Shown here piece by piece: positions 39,057 to 49,132 of a stretch of DNA of 64,000 nt. The position numbers were made by a program, and so were the translations under genes. This DNA comes from Acidobacteriota bacterium (GTDB lineage: Bacteria > Acidobacteriota > Thermoanaerobaculia > Gp7-AA8). The notes below the pieces were generated by a model. The model did no database searches, was not told where the DNA came from, and saw only the letters and a program-made list of their open reading frames with translations. The stretch is taken from the NCBI GenBank assembly GCA_016184115.1, contig JACPDH010000011.1:48522-112521 (forward strand), in the 5' to 3' direction. Numbering within the stretch: position 1 is the first letter of the stretch; the number at the start of each line of letters is the position of its first letter.

Positions 39057-40412
39057 TCAGCCAGCGGGATGAAGCCGGGTGAGAACCTGCTCGATCGAGC
39101 CTGCCCCGTCGGCTCGCAGCCCTCGGAGATCCTTGAGATTAGGCTGCGGGACGATCAACCGCTCGAACCCGAGAGTGCGCGCTTCGCGGACGCGCAACTC
39201 CGCCTGCGATACGCCGCGGATCTCGCCGAGCAGTCCGACTTCGCCGAAAACTGCAATCGACGGGTCGATTGCGAAGTTCCTCTTGCTGGAAACGAGGGCC
39301 GCGACGATTCCGAGGTCGATCGCAGGCTCATCGAGCTCGAGCCCTCCCGCGACGTTCACATAGACGTCGTGAGTCAAGAAGCTCTCGCCGGTCCTCTTTT
39401 CGAGCACTGCGAGCAGGATCGATAAGCGATTCGAGTCGACTCCCATCGCGATCCGGCGCGGAGTCGCGAAGTGGGACGTGGAAACGAGCGCCTGCACTTC
39501 GACGAGAAGCGGGCGTGTTCCTTCCAGAGTGACCGCGATCGCCGAGCCAGGGCTGCTGCTCCTCTGGCCGATGAGCGCGGCCGACGGGTTCGCGACTTCC
39601 TCGAGTCCGTCGTCGTGCATCCGGTAAATGGCGACCTCATTCACGGGGCCGAACCGGTTCTTGAATGCGCGGATCAGCCGATGATTCTGAAGCCGGTCGC
39701 CCTCGAAGTAGAGCACGGTATCGACGATGTGCTCGAGAGTCTTCGGTCCGGCGATCGTGCCGTCTTTTGTGATGTGGCCGATGAGGAAGACCGGGAGTGC
39801 GAGACGCTTGGCAGTCGCCATGAAGAGTCCCGCGGCGTCGCGAACCTGCCCGACCGATCCCGCCGCGCCGTTGTTCGCTCCGGAGTGCGCGGTCTGGATC
39901 GAATCGACGATGAGCGCGACCGGCTTGGTCTCCACGACCTGATCGATCACGCGCTCGACCGAGGTTTCTGCGTAGAGCAGCACGTTAGGGTTCAACGTCC
40001 CGAGACGCCCCGCCCGAAGTGCGATCTGCGCGGGAGATTCTTCGCCCGACACGTAGAGCACTTTGCCATTCGTCGCGAGGCGGTCAGCAGTCTGGAGAAG
40101 GAGGGTTGATTTCCCGATTCCCGGCTCTCCCGCAATGAGAACGACGGCTCCGGGAACGATTCCGCCCCCCATCACGCGATCAAAGTGGGGGAGTCCGCTT
40201 GTGATCCGCGGTGTGTCTTCGGAGGAGACCTGCGTGAGTGGCACTGGCTTCGCCGCTGCTCCCGGAATCGCCGCAGTGCGACCGCGGTCGCCACCGCGCT
40301 CCTCGGCGACGAAGGTGTTCCACGCTCCGCACTCCGGGCAGCGACCCACCCACTTCGGCGTCTGTGCGCCGCAGTCCGTGCAACTGAACACTGTGGTTTC
40401 GCGCTTTGCCAT
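39057..40412 (-). CDS. radA: DNA repair protein RadA/Sms
   Basis: N-terminal C4 zinc finger, GEPGIGKSTL, KNRFG, Lon-like C-terminus. Confidence 0.97.
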   Translation of the reverse strand: MAKRETTVFSCTDCGAQTPKWVGRCPECGAWNTFVAEERGGDRGRTAAIPGAAAKPVPLTQVSSEDTPRITSGLPHFDRVMGGGIVPGAVVLIAGEPGIGKSTLLLQTADRLATNGKVLYVSGEESPAQIALRAGRLGTLNPNVLLYAETSVERVIDQVVETKPVALIVDSIQTAHSGANNGAAGSVGQVRDAAGLFMATAKRLALPVFLIGHITKDGTIAGPKTLEHIVDTVLYFEGDRLQNHRLIRAFKNRFGPVNEVAIYRMHDDGLEEVANPSAALIGQRSSSPGSAIAVTLEGTRPLLVEVQALVSTSHFATPRRIAMGVDSNRLSILLAVLEKRTGESFLTHDVYVNVAGGLELDEPAIDLGIVAALVSSKRNFAIDPSIAVFGEVGLLGEIRGVSQAELRVREARTLGFERLIVPQPNLKDLRGLRADGAGSIEQVLTRLHPAG

Positions 40413-40421
40413 GGAAACGAA

Positions 40422-40451
40422 CGAAGCCGGCGGCGCAGGCCGCCGGCTTCG
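40422..40451 (-). terminator. 13-bp hairpin after ftsH
   Basis: + strand CGAAGCCGGCGGC-GCAG-GCCGCCGGCTTCG; minus-strand tail TTCGTTT. Confidence 0.65.
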
Positions 40452-40472
40452 CCGAGGGTACTGGGCTTGATC

Positions 40473-42407
40473 CTACGCGGGTCCTGGAGACGGAAGCGGT
40501 GCGTGAATTCCGCCGGTTGAATCGGGCTTCGCCGGCGGCGGAATCGCCGGAACCGGCTGTGGCTCTTCGAGCAGCGGCTTCTGTTCTTTGCGGTCGATGT
40601 AGTCGATGCCGGTCTCTTCGATCAGGATCTGGTTCACTTCACGGCCGTCGAGTGTTTCACGCTCGAGCAGTCCCTGTGCGATCCGGTCCATCGCGCTCTT
40701 GTGAGTGTCGATGATGTCATAGGCGGTCTTGTACGCAGTGTCGACGATCTTGCGGACTTCGGCGTCGATGGTGCGAGCCGTCTCTTCGGAGTAATCCTGG
40801 TGCTGCGCGAATTCGCGTCCGAGAAAGATCGCCTCCTCCTTCTTGCCGTACGAGAGGGGACCGAGATCCGACATGCCCCACTCGCAGACCATACGGCGTG
40901 CCAGACCCGTGGCGCGCTCGATGTCGTTGCCGGCGCCGGTCGTGATCTCGCCGAGGTAGATCTCCTCTGCGATGCGTCCGCCCATCAGGACTGCGAGCGT
41001 CGACTCGAGGTAGCGCTTCGAATAGGAGTACTTGTCTTCGGTCGGCAGCTGCTGCGTTAGGCCGAGCGCACGCCCACGCGGGATGATCGTCACCTTGTGG
41101 AGCGGATCGGCCGCAGGAAGGATCGCGGCAACGATCGTGTGGCCAGCCTCGTGGTAGGCGGTGTTCCGCTTTTCCTTCAGGCTCATGACCATCGTCTTGC
41201 GTTCGACACCCATGAGCACTTTGTCTTTTGCGAACTCGAAATCGACCATCTGCACGCGCTTCTTGTCGTAGCGCGCCGCGATGAGCGCTGCCTCGTTCAC
41301 AAGGTTGGCGAGATCTGCGCCGGAGAATCCGGGCGTCGAGCGCGCGATGACCGCGAGATCGACGTCGTCGGCAAGCGGCGTGCTTCGGGTGTGGACGCGC
41401 AGGATGCCCTCGCGTCCCTTGAGGTCGGGAAGATCGACGACAACGCGGCGATCGAAGCGGCCCGGGCGAAGCAGTGCCGGGTCGAGTACGTCGGGACGGT
41501 TCGTGCCAGCGACAAGAATGACTCCCTCGTTCGCCTCGAAACCGTCCATCTCTACCAGGAGCTGGTTCAGCGTCTGTTCGCGTTCGTCGTGGCCGCCGCC
41601 GAGCCCTGCGCCGCGATGCCGGCCCACAGCGTCAATCTCGTCGATGAAGATGATGCAAGGGGCGTTCTTCTTGCCCTGGTCGAACAGGTCGCGTACGCGC
41701 GACGCGCCTACGCCAACGAACATCTCGACGAAGTCGGAGCCGCTGATCGAGAAGAACGGGACATTTGCCTCACCTGCAATCGCACGGGCGAGCAGCGTTT
41801 TACCGGTGCCCGGAGGGCCCATCAGCAGGACACCCTTCGGAATCTTGCCTCCGAGCTTTGTGAACTTCTGCGGGTCGCGCAGAAACTCGATGATCTCCTG
41901 CAGCTCGACTTTTGCTTCATCGACGCCAGCGACGTCTTTGAACGTCACCTTCCGTGCAGTTCCAGAGAGCAGCTTTGCCTTGGACTTGCCGAACGAAAGC
42001 GCCTTGTTTCCCCCCGCCTGCATCTGGCGCATGAAGAAGATCCAGAGTGCGACGAGGAAGAGAACTGGGGCCCACGTCACGAGCGCGGTGACGAACGAGT
42101 TGTCACGAGGTTCCTGCGCCTCGATCTCGACGCCATTCGACGTGAGAAGCGTGACGAGCTCGTCGTAATTCGGTGGCACGACCACCTTGAACTGGTTCTT
42201 GGCCCCCTTGGCGGCGTTTCTCCAGATGCCCTCGAGCTGGTTTCCGCGAATCACGACCTTCTGAACGCGTCCCGCGTTCACTTCTGCCATGAACTTCGAG
42301 AATCCGATTTCTTCGGCCGTGCCCTTCGTTGCCGCGAAAAGATTCCACAGCAGGAGCACCAGCACGATGATTACCGCCCAGAGGGCGAATGTCTTCAATC
42401 CGTTCAA
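40473..42407 (-). CDS. ftsH: ATP-dependent zinc metalloprotease FtsH
   Basis: GGAGG then TTG start at 42407; [19 protein letters not shown] motif, HEAGH. Confidence 0.97.
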   Translation of the reverse strand: MNGLKTFALWAVIIVLVLLLWNLFAATKGTAEEIGFSKFMAEVNAGRVQKVVIRGNQLEGIWRNAAKGAKNQFKVVVPPNYDELVTLLTSNGVEIEAQEPRDNSFVTALVTWAPVLFLVALWIFFMRQMQAGGNKALSFGKSKAKLLSGTARKVTFKDVAGVDEAKVELQEIIEFLRDPQKFTKLGGKIPKGVLLMGPPGTGKTLLARAIAGEANVPFFSISGSDFVEMFVGVGASRVRDLFDQGKKNAPCIIFIDEIDAVGRHRGAGLGGGHDEREQTLNQLLVEMDGFEANEGVILVAGTNRPDVLDPALLRPGRFDRRVVVDLPDLKGREGILRVHTRSTPLADDVDLAVIARSTPGFSGADLANLVNEAALIAARYDKKRVQMVDFEFAKDKVLMGVERKTMVMSLKEKRNTAYHEAGHTIVAAILPAADPLHKVTIIPRGRALGLTQQLPTEDKYSYSKRYLESTLAVLMGGRIAEEIYLGEITTGAGNDIERATGLARRMVCEWGMSDLGPLSYGKKEEAIFLGREFAQHQDYSEETARTIDAEVRKIVDTAYKTAYDIIDTHKSAMDRIAQGLLERETLDGREVNQILIEETGIDYIDRKEQKPLLEEPQPVPAIPPPAKPDSTGGIHAPLPSPGPA

Positions 42408-42543
42408 AAGTCTGCCTCCAGCATCACTGCGAGTCGGCCCGTCGGGGCCAGGTTTCGGCACGTTTGCAAACCAGCCCACCCGCGACGAAATTCTAGCCGC
42501 GCTGCCCGCGGAGGAGGGGACAGGAGGGTACGATCCGCGATCG

Positions 42544-43059
42544 TCACCCTAGTGTTGCGATGTAGGGAAGATTCGCGAAGCGATTTTCGAATTCGAGCCC
42601 GTAACCGACGAAGCGGTTCCGTTCGGCCGTGAACACCGATTGCTGACAGGCGAGATCGAGCGTTCGCTCTCCTGGACAGTCGAGCAGGGCGACGAGATGC
42701 AGTGAGGCGGGATCGCGCTCGCGGAACTGCGTCAGAAGGTAGTTCTCGATGATCCCCGAGGTGACGATGTCTTTGAGCACGTAGATGTGACGCCCTTGCA
42801 TCGAGAACTGCGTGAGGAAGTCGATCTCGGTTGCCTCCGCAGTCTCGGTATCGGCGACGTCGAAGATCACGTTGACCCATTCGTAGTGGACCGCGCCCGG
42901 AATCGCGCGCAAGAGATCGGCGAGAAACACGGAGCTTCCCTTGAGGATCCCGATCAGGAAGACTTCCGAGTCGCCGGCCGTCTGGCGAATCGCTGCGCCC
43001 ACCTCGCGAACTCGCGCCTGAATCACGTCCTCGTCATAGAGCTTCGTGACCCTCGTCAT
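42544..43059 (-). CDS. hpt: Hypoxanthine phosphoribosyltransferase homologue with degenerate catalytic motifs
   Basis: [12 protein letters not shown] and VGYGLE...NLPYI; located in tilS-hpt-ftsH; PRPP loop reads [10 protein letters not shown]. Confidence 0.8.
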   Translation of the reverse strand: MTRVTKLYDEDVIQARVREVGAAIRQTAGDSEVFLIGILKGSSVFLADLLRAIPGAVHYEWVNVIFDVADTETAEATEIDFLTQFSMQGRHIYVLKDIVTSGIIENYLLTQFRERDPASLHLVALLDCPGERTLDLACQQSVFTAERNRFVGYGLEFENRFANLPYIATLG

Positions 43060-44450
43060 CGATCGTCTCCCACGCGCCAGGCACAGAGCACCAGGCGCTC
43101 CGATTCGCCTCGGCCGAGCCGGAAATCGTCGGAGACTTCCACCCCGGCGATCCATGCGATTCGGCCGTCGATCAGCACCAGCGGCAACGTGTCGCGGATG
43201 TCTCTCGGAATTTTACGATCAATGAAGAAATCGGAGAGCTTTTTCTCCTCGCTCATACCAAGAGGCTTGAAGCGATCTCCGCTACGGCGGTTGCGCACGA
43301 CGATCGCCGGGCCGCAATGCGCCGGCAATGCAATCTCCTGTGCGTGGCTTTCCGTCACACCCACTGGGCGGACGTCGGCGCCGGCAGAGACGCTCCAGCC
43401 GTGAGAGCCAACGTCGATGACCTCGCCAGGCGCCAGCGTAATCCGATAATCGGCGGGAGCTGCATCGCCAGCGAGTCTCCGGACTGTGAATGACGTCCCA
43501 TTCGACGAAACTTCGATCGCTCGCGAAGGCCGAATGGTTCCGCCCCTCGTGGCAATGTCATCGAGCCGTCCGAGCGCCGGAGCGTCGAGATAGCGCTCGT
43601 CCGGATCGATCCGCCGGATCTCGGCTCGAATGAGCAGCCGCCGGATCAGTGGATCGGGAGGCAAGCGATCGATTCGGACCGACGCTGACGTGGCAGTTCG
43701 CTCGAACGAGTCCGACCAGTTCGCGACGACGGACCCGAGCAGCGCCTCGCGCTCCTGCTCGAGCTCGGCCGTCTGCCCGAGGTGCGACACGATGCGAGGG
43801 TTCAACTCGCGAAGCAGCGGGAGCACGTCGCGGCGGATCCGGTTTCGGAGGAAGCGGGGAGATTCATTGGAGGAGTCGCATCGCGCGTCGAGCCCTTGTT
43901 CCCGGAGGTAGCCCATGACCGTCTCGCGGTTGACGTGGAGGAGTGGACGGATGACGCCGTCGTGGACGGGTCGGATTCCCGCCATACGCCACGGGCCGCG
44001 GCCAGTCACGAGACGAAGGAGCAGCGTTTCCGCCTGGTCATCTGCCTGGTGGGCCGTCGCGATCCAGTGGGTGTGATCTCCCTTCCGAAGCTCGCGCAGC
44101 CGCCGGTAGCGAAGCTCGCGAGCCGCAGCCTCGAGTCCTCGGGTGCGCACGCGACGATCGTCGAGGCTTCCGTCAAGCACTTCGAGTGGAATGGCGAGGG
44201 TGGCGCAGAGACGGCGCAGCGACGCTTCGTCCTCCGCAGACTCTGCGCCCCGGAGCTGATGGTTCACGTGTGCGGCAGAGAGGGAGAAGGCGCGGCCCCG
44301 CAGCGTTGCCAGCGCGTGGAGGAGCGCCGTCGAGTCGTGGCCTCCCGACACAGCGACCGTGACCGCTGAAACGGGCTGGCCGAGCGTGCGGAAGAACGAA
44401 TCGACCGCCTGGCGAAGAGCTTCCGACTCGGAGAGAGGTTGATGCGGCAC
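43056..44450 (-). CDS. tilS: tRNA(Ile)-lysidine synthetase
   Basis: AVSGGHDS, HVNHQLRG, ARELRY, TAHQADDQAET, RNRIR, C-terminal TilS domain. Confidence 0.96.
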   Translation of the reverse strand: MPHQPLSESEALRQAVDSFFRTLGQPVSAVTVAVSGGHDSTALLHALATLRGRAFSLSAAHVNHQLRGAESAEDEASLRRLCATLAIPLEVLDGSLDDRRVRTRGLEAAARELRYRRLRELRKGDHTHWIATAHQADDQAETLLLRLVTGRGPWRMAGIRPVHDGVIRPLLHVNRETVMGYLREQGLDARCDSSNESPRFLRNRIRRDVLPLLRELNPRIVSHLGQTAELEQEREALLGSVVANWSDSFERTATSASVRIDRLPPDPLIRRLLIRAEIRRIDPDERYLDAPALGRLDDIATRGGTIRPSRAIEVSSNGTSFTVRRLAGDAAPADYRITLAPGEVIDVGSHGWSVSAGADVRPVGVTESHAQEIALPAHCGPAIVVRNRRSGDRFKPLGMSEEKKLSDFFIDRKIPRDIRDTLPLVLIDGRIAWIAGVEVSDDFRLGRGESERLVLCAWRVGDDR

Positions 44451-44606
44451 GATGCCCTGAATTCTACTGCCGCTGAAGAAAGGACCGGCGAAAGGTGCAC
44501 GGCGAGAAACGTCGTTCGTGCCGTGACGAATCGTCCCCGCGAGTGTGACGAAGCACCCCGAAGAGGAGCGTGCAGCGGGTAGAATACGAGGAGTGGAAAG
44601 GGTTGG

Positions 44607-44683
44607 TGGTGGCGGAGGGCGGAGTCGAACCGCCGACCTAGCGCTTATGAGACGCCCGCTCTAACCATCTGAGCTACTCCGCC
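44607..44683 (-). tRNA. tRNA with CAT anticodon (elongator Met likely, Ile2 not excluded)
   Basis: GGCGGAGTAGCTCAGATGGTTAGAGCGGGCGTCTCATAAGCGCTAGGTCGGCGGTTCGACTCCGCCCTCCGCCACCA; G1-C72 paired, so not the initiator. Confidence 0.93.
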
Positions 44684-44767
44684 CTGAGCGACTGCCGGAT
44701 TCTAGGGAGGCCCGACCAGCCCGTCAAGGTTTTGCGAAACAGGGTGGGTGGGGCGAATATTCTGGCG

Positions 44768-44974
44768 ATGATCGACGATTCAAAGTGTGTCACCTGCGGG
44801 GCATCGAACGAGCTCGTTCGGCTCGACAAGTGTCCCGTCTGCTACAGCTACTATTGCGGCGATTGCGCATTCCGCGCGACAGGGGGCAGGAAGCTCTGCT
44901 CGCAACGCTGCGCTGAAATTCTCATGCTTGGAGATGAAGATGACGTTGAAAACGAGCTCGGGCCCGAAGAGTGA
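44768..44974 (+). CDS. Small 8-Cys zinc-finger-like protein
   Basis: CVTC, CPVC, CGDC, CSQRC and an acidic tail. Confidence 0.75.
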   Translation: MIDDSKCVTCGASNELVRLDKCPVCYSYYCGDCAFRATGGRKLCSQRCAEILMLGDEDDVENELGPEE

Positions 44975-45983
44975 GCAGCAGCTAGCGATCGTCGTTCCGC
45001 GTAATCGTCCGCGACGGCTTCGCAGCAGTGAGGCGATCCGTGCCATGGTGCGAGAGAACGAGGTCAAGCCGGCCGACCTGATCCTGCCGCTTTTCGTCGT
45101 TCCGGATAACCGCCCTCGCGTCGAGATCGGCTCGATGCCGGGCGTCTACCAGGACCGTGTTCCGGAGATCGTTGACACCTGTGTCCGCGCCTGGGATCTC
45201 GGCATCAAGAGCGTGCTGCTCTTCGGCATTCCGGAGCGCAAGGACGAGACGGGCTCTGTTTCGTGGGATCCCTCCGGGCCGGTGCAGTCGGCGATCCGTG
45301 CGATCTCGAAGATCGTCCCCGGAATGACGATCATCCCCGACGTCTGCATGTGCGAGTACACGAGTCACGGACACTGCGGGATCGTCGTCGATCACCGCGG
45401 TCAGAAAGACGTCGACAACGATCAGACGCTCGAGCTGCTCGTTCGCCAGAGTCTCAGCTTCGCCGAGGCGGGTGCGCATTTCGTCGCACCGTCGGACATG
45501 ATGGACGGGCGCGTTGGCGCGATTCGCGACGCCCTCGACGACAACGGCTTCACCGACGTCGGCATCATCGCGTACTCGGCAAAGTTCGCGTCGGGCTTCT
45601 ACGGCCCGTTCCGTGAGGCGGCCGAGTCGGCACCGCAGTTCGGCGACCGCCGAAGCTACCAAATGGATCCCGCGAACTCGCGCGAAGCGATGCGTGAGAT
45701 TGCGCTCGATGTCGAAGAGGGCGCCGACATGGTGATGGTCAAGCCGGCACTGCCGTACCTCGACATCATCCGTGAGGCGCGCGACTCATTCGAGCTTCCG
45801 ATCGTCGCCTACAACGTGAGCGGCGAGTATTCGATGGTTAAGGCAGCAGCAGAGAAGGGGTGGATCGACGGCACCCGTGTTCGCGACGAAGTGCTCATGG
45901 GCATCAAGCGCGCGGGTGCCGACCTGATCATCACCTACTTCGCGCTGGAGTACGCCGAGGATTACAGGAAGCGGAAGGCGTAA
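44940..45983 (+). CDS. hemB: Porphobilinogen synthase (start uncertain)
   Basis: RPRRLR, DVCMCEYTSHGHCG, APSDMMDGR, YSAKF, YQMDP, MVKPA. Confidence 0.96.
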   Translation: MTLKTSSGPKSEQQLAIVVPRNRPRRLRSSEAIRAMVRENEVKPADLILPLFVVPDNRPRVEIGSMPGVYQDRVPEIVDTCVRAWDLGIKSVLLFGIPERKDETGSVSWDPSGPVQSAIRAISKIVPGMTIIPDVCMCEYTSHGHCGIVVDHRGQKDVDNDQTLELLVRQSLSFAEAGAHFVAPSDMMDGRVGAIRDALDDNGFTDVGIIAYSAKFASGFYGPFREAAESAPQFGDRRSYQMDPANSREAMREIALDVEEGADMVMVKPALPYLDIIREARDSFELPIVAYNVSGEYSMVKAAAEKGWIDGTRVRDEVLMGIKRAGADLIITYFALEYAEDYRKRKA

Positions 45984-46091
45984 GCATCTTCGCGACGACC
46001 GACGTAAGCCGGGCCCGCGAGGCCCGCCTTCTCTTCACCGCGACAACTCCGCGAGCAGGTAGGTCGCGCCACAGACAAGCGGCCCGCGGCT

Positions 46092-48935
46092 GTGGTATCA
46101 CGCTATCCCAGACGCGATTGTCGAGACGGTGCGCGTCGCGACTGGAGGCTCCGATTGTCCTGGGTTTCGAGCAAGAAGTTGTCCGTGGCGGCGCTGCTTC
46201 TCGGCGCGCTGCTCATCCCTGAAGCCGCCGCGTCGCTCCTCCCCACTGAGCGCGCGGCGCTCATCTCGTTCTACAACGCGACCGGCGGACCAGGCTGGAT
46301 AAACAAGACGAACTGGCTGGGTCCCGAGGGCACGGAGTGCAATTGGTTCGGCGTTCGGTGCGACTACACCGGAACGAAGGTCCATGCGCTTGAGTTGGAC
46401 AAGAACGGCTTGACGGGGACGCTTTCGTCGGCGGTGACAGCGCTCTCCGGCCTCTCCGCGCTCACACGCCTCGAGCTGCGCTCCAATGAGCTTCGAGGAA
46501 CCATTCCTGAAGAGATCGTGTCGATATCTACGCTCGACTATCTGGACGTGAGTGAGAATGTGCTGAGCGGCGCAATCCCCCTTCAGATTGGAAAGCTGGC
46601 CCAGCTCAGACTACTGTGGCTGTCGAACAACGACCTGAGCGGCCCCATCCCGACCTCACTCACGTGGCTCTCCAAGCTCCAGAACCTAGACCTCGGCTAC
46701 AACCATCTCGAGGGACGGATCCCTAATTCGATCGGCAGCCTGTCGATGCTGCGCTACCTAAAGCTCAACGCGAACCAACTTCACGGGGAAGTGCCAAGCT
46801 CGATCACCGCGCTCTCGGCACTCTGCTGTTTCGATAGTCTCGATCTCACCTTTAACGCGCTTCACGCGGATCCCTCGACCGACCTTTGGCTGCAGTCCAG
46901 GGAGTATGCATGGCCGTTCGGACAACTGCGTCCTCCAGTCGGCTTGGAGGCAAGCACGTCGACGCCGTCCACGTACGTGGCGCTCTGGTGGGATCCGCCG
47001 GCGCCCGATACGCTTTCCGGAACATGGTACGAGCTCTACGCCGACACTGGACGTGGCCCGGTCATGGTGCAGCGCACGGCGAACATCCACGACACGCTGA
47101 TCCTCTTAACGGATCTGACACCAAGCACAACCTATACATTCACGGTCCGGAACGTTCGAGCAGCCGATTCGCTTAACCCAGGCAACGAACTCCGAAGCGA
47201 TCCAACGCCGCCCGTGACGGTCAGAACAGCGCCGCCATTCCCATCGGTGTCGATCGGAGACGCGCGAGTCGACGAACGCGACGGTGGAGAAGTGTCGATT
47301 GCGTACTTCGACATCACGTGCCTTGACAAGCCTGCGGACCGATCGATCAGCGTCTCGTACGAGACGGTCGACGGTACAGCGATTGCCGGCCAGGACTTTA
47401 GGAGAGTACCGCCCACGAGACTCGAGTTCCCACCCGGGGTAAACGTGCAGACGGTGCAAGTCGTCGTGGTGGGGGACGACGTCAACGAAGGGTCGGAGTT
47501 CTTCCACGTGAAGTTGTCGGCGGCGCTCGGGGCGCGGATCGTCGACGGCGAAGGTACTGCGACGATCGTCGACAGCGACGGGCTTCGCGCGTCCGACGCG
47601 AGCGTCATCGAGGGGAGCTCGGGCACGACGCTGGCGCGGGTCGTCGTATCGCTTCCGGGACCGGCGCAAACTCATGTGTCTGCACGCTGGTCGACGGCAA
47701 ACGGCTCTGCTGTGGCTCCGAGGGACTTCGCGGCCAGCGCCGGCACCATCGACATCGAAGTGGGTCAGACGTCGTCGACGATCGAGATTCCGGTGGTTGC
47801 TGACAGTGACCCTGAGAGTGACGAGTTTTTCTGGCTGATGCTCTCGCAGGCGATGGGAGCTCCGATTGAGGACGGTTCCGCCGAAGTCACGATCCTCGAT
47901 GACGATGGCGCGCAACCTGTTCGACCCGATCCAGTCATCAAGGTGACGGGATGCAGCATGGTCGGAGAGAGCTGCACCCTCGAGGTCGGCTCGGCGTCGT
48001 CCGCGGACGTGTCCGGCTGGATCGTGAAGTGGCTCGTCGACGATGTAGAGCGCTCGCAACTTCGGAAATGGAGTCCTTCGTTCGACCTCGCAGGCACGTA
48101 CACCGTGTCTCTGAGAGCATCGAATGCTGGCGGGAATGCCGAGGCGCGCTCGACCCTTCGCGTCGAGCCGCTGCCGACGCCCTGTCCGCCAGACAGGCTC
48201 TGCCTCCTCGATGACCGCTTCGAAGTCATGCTCGCGGCGACCGACGTTAGGTCGGGAGGATCCGGGATCGGTTTGCCGCTCACACAGAGTGAGCAGTCGG
48301 GCTATTTTTCGATTCCTGCATTGACATCGGATGCAGCGAATCCCGAGGTGTTCGTAAAGCTCCTCGACGGGCGGTTGCTGAATGGACACTTCTGGTTCTT
48401 CTTCGCCGGCCTGACCGATTTCGAATACACGCTCACGGTGAACGACACCGAGGAGGGGACGTCGAAGATCTACACCAAGCCTGGCGGGCTCTCGAATGGA
48501 GGATTCGACGTCGGGAGCGGAGTTGCCGAGGAGACGTGTCGAGGCGAGGTCGACGGAACGCGGCTCCGAGCGCCGAGCACGGCTCCGTGCCAACGGAGCG
48601 ACGACTCACTTTGTCTCGACGGAGCGCACTTCGCCGTCTCGTTGACGGCGCGCGATCCGAGAACCGGCGCGACGGGGTCAGGTTTGGCAATTCCCGAAAG
48701 CGACGTCTTCGGCTACTTCTCGATTCCATCACTGACGAACGATCCAGGAAATCCAGAGGTCTTCGTGAAGATGCTCGACGGGCGTGCCGTGAACGGCTTC
48801 TGGTGGGTCTTCTACAGCGGACTCACCGACTTCGAGTACACGATGATCGTGACCGACACGATCACTGGAGAGGTGCGTTCGTACACGAAGGCCGCGGGCA
48901 GCGCCTGTGGAGCATTCGACGTCGACGCGTTCTGA
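46092..48935 (+). CDS. Secreted multidomain surface protein: plant-type LRR, FN3, 2x Calx-beta, PKD-like, 2x C-terminal repeat domain (start uncertain)
   Basis: ERAALISFYNATGG..W..CNWFGVRC N-cap; NxLxGxIP LRRs; LTPSTTYTFTVR (FN3); DGTAIAGQDF and NGSAVAPRDF (Calx-beta); AGTYTVSLRASN (PKD); duplicated NPEVFVKxLDGR domain. Confidence 0.88.
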   Translation: MVSRYPRRDCRDGARRDWRLRLSWVSSKKLSVAALLLGALLIPEAAASLLPTERAALISFYNATGGPGWINKTNWLGPEGTECNWFGVRCDYTGTKVHALELDKNGLTGTLSSAVTALSGLSALTRLELRSNELRGTIPEEIVSISTLDYLDVSENVLSGAIPLQIGKLAQLRLLWLSNNDLSGPIPTSLTWLSKLQNLDLGYNHLEGRIPNSIGSLSMLRYLKLNANQLHGEVPSSITALSALCCFDSLDLTFNALHADPSTDLWLQSREYAWPFGQLRPPVGLEASTSTPSTYVALWWDPPAPDTLSGTWYELYADTGRGPVMVQRTANIHDTLILLTDLTPSTTYTFTVRNVRAADSLNPGNELRSDPTPPVTVRTAPPFPSVSIGDARVDERDGGEVSIAYFDITCLDKPADRSISVSYETVDGTAIAGQDFRRVPPTRLEFPPGVNVQTVQVVVVGDDVNEGSEFFHVKLSAALGARIVDGEGTATIVDSDGLRASDASVIEGSSGTTLARVVVSLPGPAQTHVSARWSTANGSAVAPRDFAASAGTIDIEVGQTSSTIEIPVVADSDPESDEFFWLMLSQAMGAPIEDGSAEVTILDDDGAQPVRPDPVIKVTGCSMVGESCTLEVGSASSADVSGWIVKWLVDDVERSQLRKWSPSFDLAGTYTVSLRASNAGGNAEARSTLRVEPLPTPCPPDRLCLLDDRFEVMLAATDVRSGGSGIGLPLTQSEQSGYFSIPALTSDAANPEVFVKLLDGRLLNGHFWFFFAGLTDFEYTLTVNDTEEGTSKIYTKPGGLSNGGFDVGSGVAEETCRGEVDGTRLRAPSTAPCQRSDDSLCLDGAHFAVSLTARDPRTGATGSGLAIPESDVFGYFSIPSLTNDPGNPEVFVKMLDGRAVNGFWWVFYSGLTDFEYTMIVTDTITGEVRSYTKAAGSACGAFDVDAF

Positions 48936-49132
48936 CGGTAGCTTCTTTGGAAGCGGAGTGGGGGCCGCGGGATGGGGCTCCCGCGTCCGCAGCCCAGCCC
49001 CCTTACAACGCTGCCGTACGCTCGACTTCGGGTGCGTCTTCGTACGCTCGATCTTGAGCCCTGCACCACGGAACGCCATGGCCCGGAGAAAAGGCCGGTC
49101 GTGACCTGAGACTCGGATCCTGGATCGTCCGC

